NCBI GenBank assembly: GCA_023422005.1
Contig: JAEZSC010000186.1
Span: forward strand, 30,219 to 94,218
Length of the DNA: 64,000 nt
DNA from: Bacillota bacterium
Lineage (GTDB): Bacteria > Bacillota > Clostridia > Christensenellales > UMGS416
Direction: 5' to 3'
In this document: positions 61,582 to 64,000 of the stretch, in pieces
Position numbering within the stretch: position 1 is the stretch's first letter
How the letters are laid out: each line of letters begins with the position of its first letter
Position numbers and translations under genes: made by a program
Notes under the pieces: model-generated
Databases searched by the model: none
Seen by the model: the letters and a program-made list of their open reading frames with translations, nothing else
What the model was told of the DNA's origin: nothing

Positions 61582-62202
61582 ATGAAGAACATCATCATTG
61601 CCGGCCCGAGTAGGGCCGGCAAATCAACACTAGCGAGAAAACTTAACGAAGAACTGAACTGTTTCGTCATCAGCCTCGACAAACTTGTCGCCACGTTTCA
61701 AGGGGCATATCCACAACTGGATATTCGGCTTAATTGGGATAGAGAGAAGACCACAGACAATTTAGCGCCGTTCCTTGGCCATTTTCTTGGTATGTTTGCC
61801 TCGGCCGATGGGCGCGGACTGCTGCCGTACAGCCATGGCGCTGTAAAAGGAAACAGGTTTGTGATGGAAGGGGGGTACTTTGATTTTGAGCAAATATCGA
61901 CTATTCTGAAAACGTATGGAATGCAAGATTTAAAAGACAATTTTTTGCTTATTGGATTGGTGCAAAACAAAAAAACCGTTGATGAGTTCGTAAGCGATTT
62001 CAGGAAATACGATACGGTAGAGGATTGGACATACAATTTTAGCGAGGATGATCTACGAGCTGTTGCTGAAGATGCCATTTCATTCAGCCGATCCATGACC
62101 GATCATCTGGTGAAATACGGCTTTGCGATTTATGATACGTCCACGGACCGTGCGCGGGTTTTGGAACAGATACTAGAAGACATCCAATCGGAATTGGCAT
62201 AA
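61582..62202 (+). CDS. P-loop NTPase (AAA/kinase-like), unknown function
   Basis: ATG 61582 follows GGAGGTG. Walker A IIIAGPSRAGKST. AT-richer islet. Confidence 0.6.
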   Translation: MKNIIIAGPSRAGKSTLARKLNEELNCFVISLDKLVATFQGAYPQLDIRLNWDREKTTDNLAPFLGHFLGMFASADGRGLLPYSHGAVKGNRFVMEGGYFDFEQISTILKTYGMQDLKDNFLLIGLVQNKKTVDEFVSDFRKYDTVEDWTYNFSEDDLRAVAEDAISFSRSMTDHLVKYGFAIYDTSTDRARVLEQILEDIQSELA

Positions 62203-62264
62203 CACAGCCTTGGCGCAGCTGCCGCAGCCAACTGCCTTAGGGCTTCTCTGCCATACATGCCGCC

Positions 62265-63089
62265 TTACCTCTTCGCCTGGCATTTGGGGCAGAACGCGAT
62301 AACGCCTCCGACGGATACCTTCTCCAAAGGATCGCCGCAAACCGGACAGGGCTGACCAATGTGCTTGCGTTCGGACATCGCCCGATAGCCGCCCGGTTGG
62401 CCGTACAGGTCATATTCCGAAGATCGCCCGCCGGCTTCGCAAGCTCTGGCTAACACGTCACGCATGGCACTAAAAACCCTTTCATGCGCGCCATCGTCCA
62501 GTTTACCGATGTGGGTGGAAGGATGCATTCCCGCGTGCAGCAGGATTTCTCCCGCGAATGTGCTCATGATCCCCGCTATGCTTTTGGTAAGATAGATTTT
62601 GACAGCCTGTTTCGGGTCCTCCATGTGGCCCTTCACAAAAGCCAGATACTCCTGGAACGAACCGCCCATCGGCTGAAAGCGCATCGCATCCGTGTTTCGC
62701 GTGAGCATGTCCCACGCCGCGTGGTCAATCACATCCACGCCATACGACCATAGCATAACGGAATAGGTCAGGCTGCTTCCATCCGAAAAGGTGAAACGGA
62801 AGTTGTATTTGTCGGGCCGTTGGACGGCGCTGTCCTGATAGAGTATTTTACCCCCGCCCTGCCGAAAGAGGATTCCATGCCCGTTGTCCAGCACGATGAA
62901 AATGTCCGGCGCGTGATATACGATATCCGTGACGGTTCCTCCAACCGACCGGGGATAGCGCTCCACAGCGCCTTCCGGGTTGAAGATGTTCGCGTTTGGA
63001 TTGACATATTCGCCGCCGGTGACCGATTTCCCAAGAATGGATTCCTTCAACTGCCGTGCGATTGTATAGGATTCGGGATATTCGAGCAT
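62265..63089 (-). CDS. Fpg/Nei-family-like protein (H2TH plus C-terminal zinc finger) with a non-canonical N-terminus
   Basis: ATG 63089 follows GAGGAGGG. C-terminal CPVCG...FCPKCQ zinc finger. The N-terminus MLEYPES replaces the canonical MPELPEV. Confidence 0.65.
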   Translation of the reverse strand: MLEYPESYTIARQLKESILGKSVTGGEYVNPNANIFNPEGAVERYPRSVGGTVTDIVYHAPDIFIVLDNGHGILFRQGGGKILYQDSAVQRPDKYNFRFTFSDGSSLTYSVMLWSYGVDVIDHAAWDMLTRNTDAMRFQPMGGSFQEYLAFVKGHMEDPKQAVKIYLTKSIAGIMSTFAGEILLHAGMHPSTHIGKLDDGAHERVFSAMRDVLARACEAGGRSSEYDLYGQPGGYRAMSERKHIGQPCPVCGDPLEKVSVGGVIAFCPKCQAKR

Positions 63090-63294
63090 AGGAAGTCCCT
63101 CCTCTGTGTGATGGAACCATCTTATCACTTGACGTTGCGGCAGAGTCAAGGGCATATTTCGGCTTTTGGGCCTGACCTGCCCCGCGGGGAGCAAACCAAC
63201 GGCTCCATCTGGCCGATGGATATGATAAAATGAAAGCTGGATACAGTCTGTTGTATGATGGCCGGCTGCCGTTCTTCCTGGGAGGGATGCAGAG

Positions 63295-63729
63295 GTGGAA
63301 CATGAAATCATCTATCAAATGAGTTCGCTGGATAATTTGCGCACCATTGAAACGGCGAATGTCCGCTGGTTGGAGTATCACGAAGATTATAATTTGTTTT
63401 GCCGCCATTTGCAGGCTTGCGATCAGAAACCTGTCACAGAGGAACAATGGCGTTCATTTCGGGATGAAGGCACCACCTATTGCGGGCTGATCCTGGAGGG
63501 CGAAATGGTGGCCAGAGCCGCGGTGGAGAGGTATAGCGATACTGCTTGGGAGACCGCGGATGTCCGGGTCGTCAGGAGCGAAAGAAACAAAGGGCATGCC
63601 AAGCAAGTGGTTTGCTTTGTGACGAAGTACATCTTGCTGAATGGCCGCATGGCCACCTGCCGCACGTTGGAAAGCAATCTCGCCATGAAGAAAGTCATTC
63701 AATCCACCGGATTCACCTTGAAACAATAG
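63295..63729 (+). CDS. GNAT family N-acetyltransferase
   Basis: VRVVRSERNKGHAKQVVCFVTKYIL is a GNAT motif A-like segment. Start uncertain (GTG 63295 or ATG 63319). Confidence 0.65.
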   Translation: MEHEIIYQMSSLDNLRTIETANVRWLEYHEDYNLFCRHLQACDQKPVTEEQWRSFRDEGTTYCGLILEGEMVARAAVERYSDTAWETADVRVVRSERNKGHAKQVVCFVTKYILLNGRMATCRTLESNLAMKKVIQSTGFTLKQ

Positions 63730-63758
63730 GCAGAGACATTAGGAGAGGGGAGACTGCC

Positions 63759-64000
63759 ATGAAGATCACCATCGAAAAGAACCTTGTGACCCTACGCCCG
63801 GAGGGCGACGAAGAGCGCGCCAAGACCGAACTGCTGTGGAAGATCCTCATCGACTGCGTGAACCAGACCCGCAAACTGGCCCCGGTGGGCGAATATGCGC
63901 CGGCCAAGGGCAAGCTGGAGGCAGCCTTTGCCATAGAGGGCTACGACGGCAACCCCCAGCCCTACCTGGAGGTGCGGGCCCCCCGCGACTGCCGCGTCTA
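63759..64000 (+). CDS. Hypothetical protein, 5' part only (runs off the window)
   Basis: ATG 63759 follows AGGAGAGGGGAG. MKITIEKNLVTLRPEGDEERAKTELLWKILIDCVNQ..., open to the window end with native GC3 bias. Confidence 0.4.
   Translation, partial: MKITIEKNLVTLRPEGDEERAKTELLWKILIDCVNQTRKLAPVGEYAPAKGKLEAAFAIEGYDGNPQPYLEVRAPRDCRV

Overview
High-GC bacterial chromosome segment with strongly GC3-biased genes. The gene content points to an anaerobic Gram-positive, Clostridia-like organism: a secretin-less Tad locus, an Ech-type [NiFe] hydrogenase, DUF951 and MacB-type efflux. The taxon cannot be proven from the sequence alone. Main blocks: (1) 1-11.2 kb, housekeeping and envelope genes (ada, SanA, YjbQ, YgiQ radical SAM, uppP, lepB, DUF368). 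(2) 11.4-22.3 kb, two nearly identical c-di-GMP-I (GEMM-I) riboswitch aptamers, each with its own terminator. They lead into a complete Gram-positive-type Tad/Flp pilus operon: prepilin peptidase, three tandem flp pilins, tadE, tadG-like, cpaB, tadZ/cpaE, cpaF, tadB, tadC, DUF192 and a DivIVA-like coiled-coil protein. (3) 23.8-34.8 kb, minus-strand echABCDEF energy-converting hydrogenase followed by hypA-B-F-C-D-E. (4) 38.5-45.7 kb, a 171-aa protein built from four (Cx3)4C cysteine ladders, divergent from a lipoprotein, MacA/MacB-like efflux and OmpR/HK operon. (5) 58.2-61.5 kb, nadABC. Short AT-richer islets carrying accessory genes are interspersed: VanZ+PduL, an AraC-HTH::kinase fusion, a J-domain protein, and a P-loop ATPase with an Fpg-like protein and a GNAT. 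Intergenic DNA holds several families of GC-rich palindromic repeats. One 38-nt module shows compensatory stem changes, and a perfect 58-bp inverted pair brackets 3.8 kb. The candidates I rate most novel are the cysteine-ladder protein and the tandem riboswitch arrangement, where the two aptamers differ at the inferred ligand-specificity position (G vs A). No rRNA, tRNA, CRISPR array or transposase was seen. All calls rest on reading motifs by eye; no database search was run.
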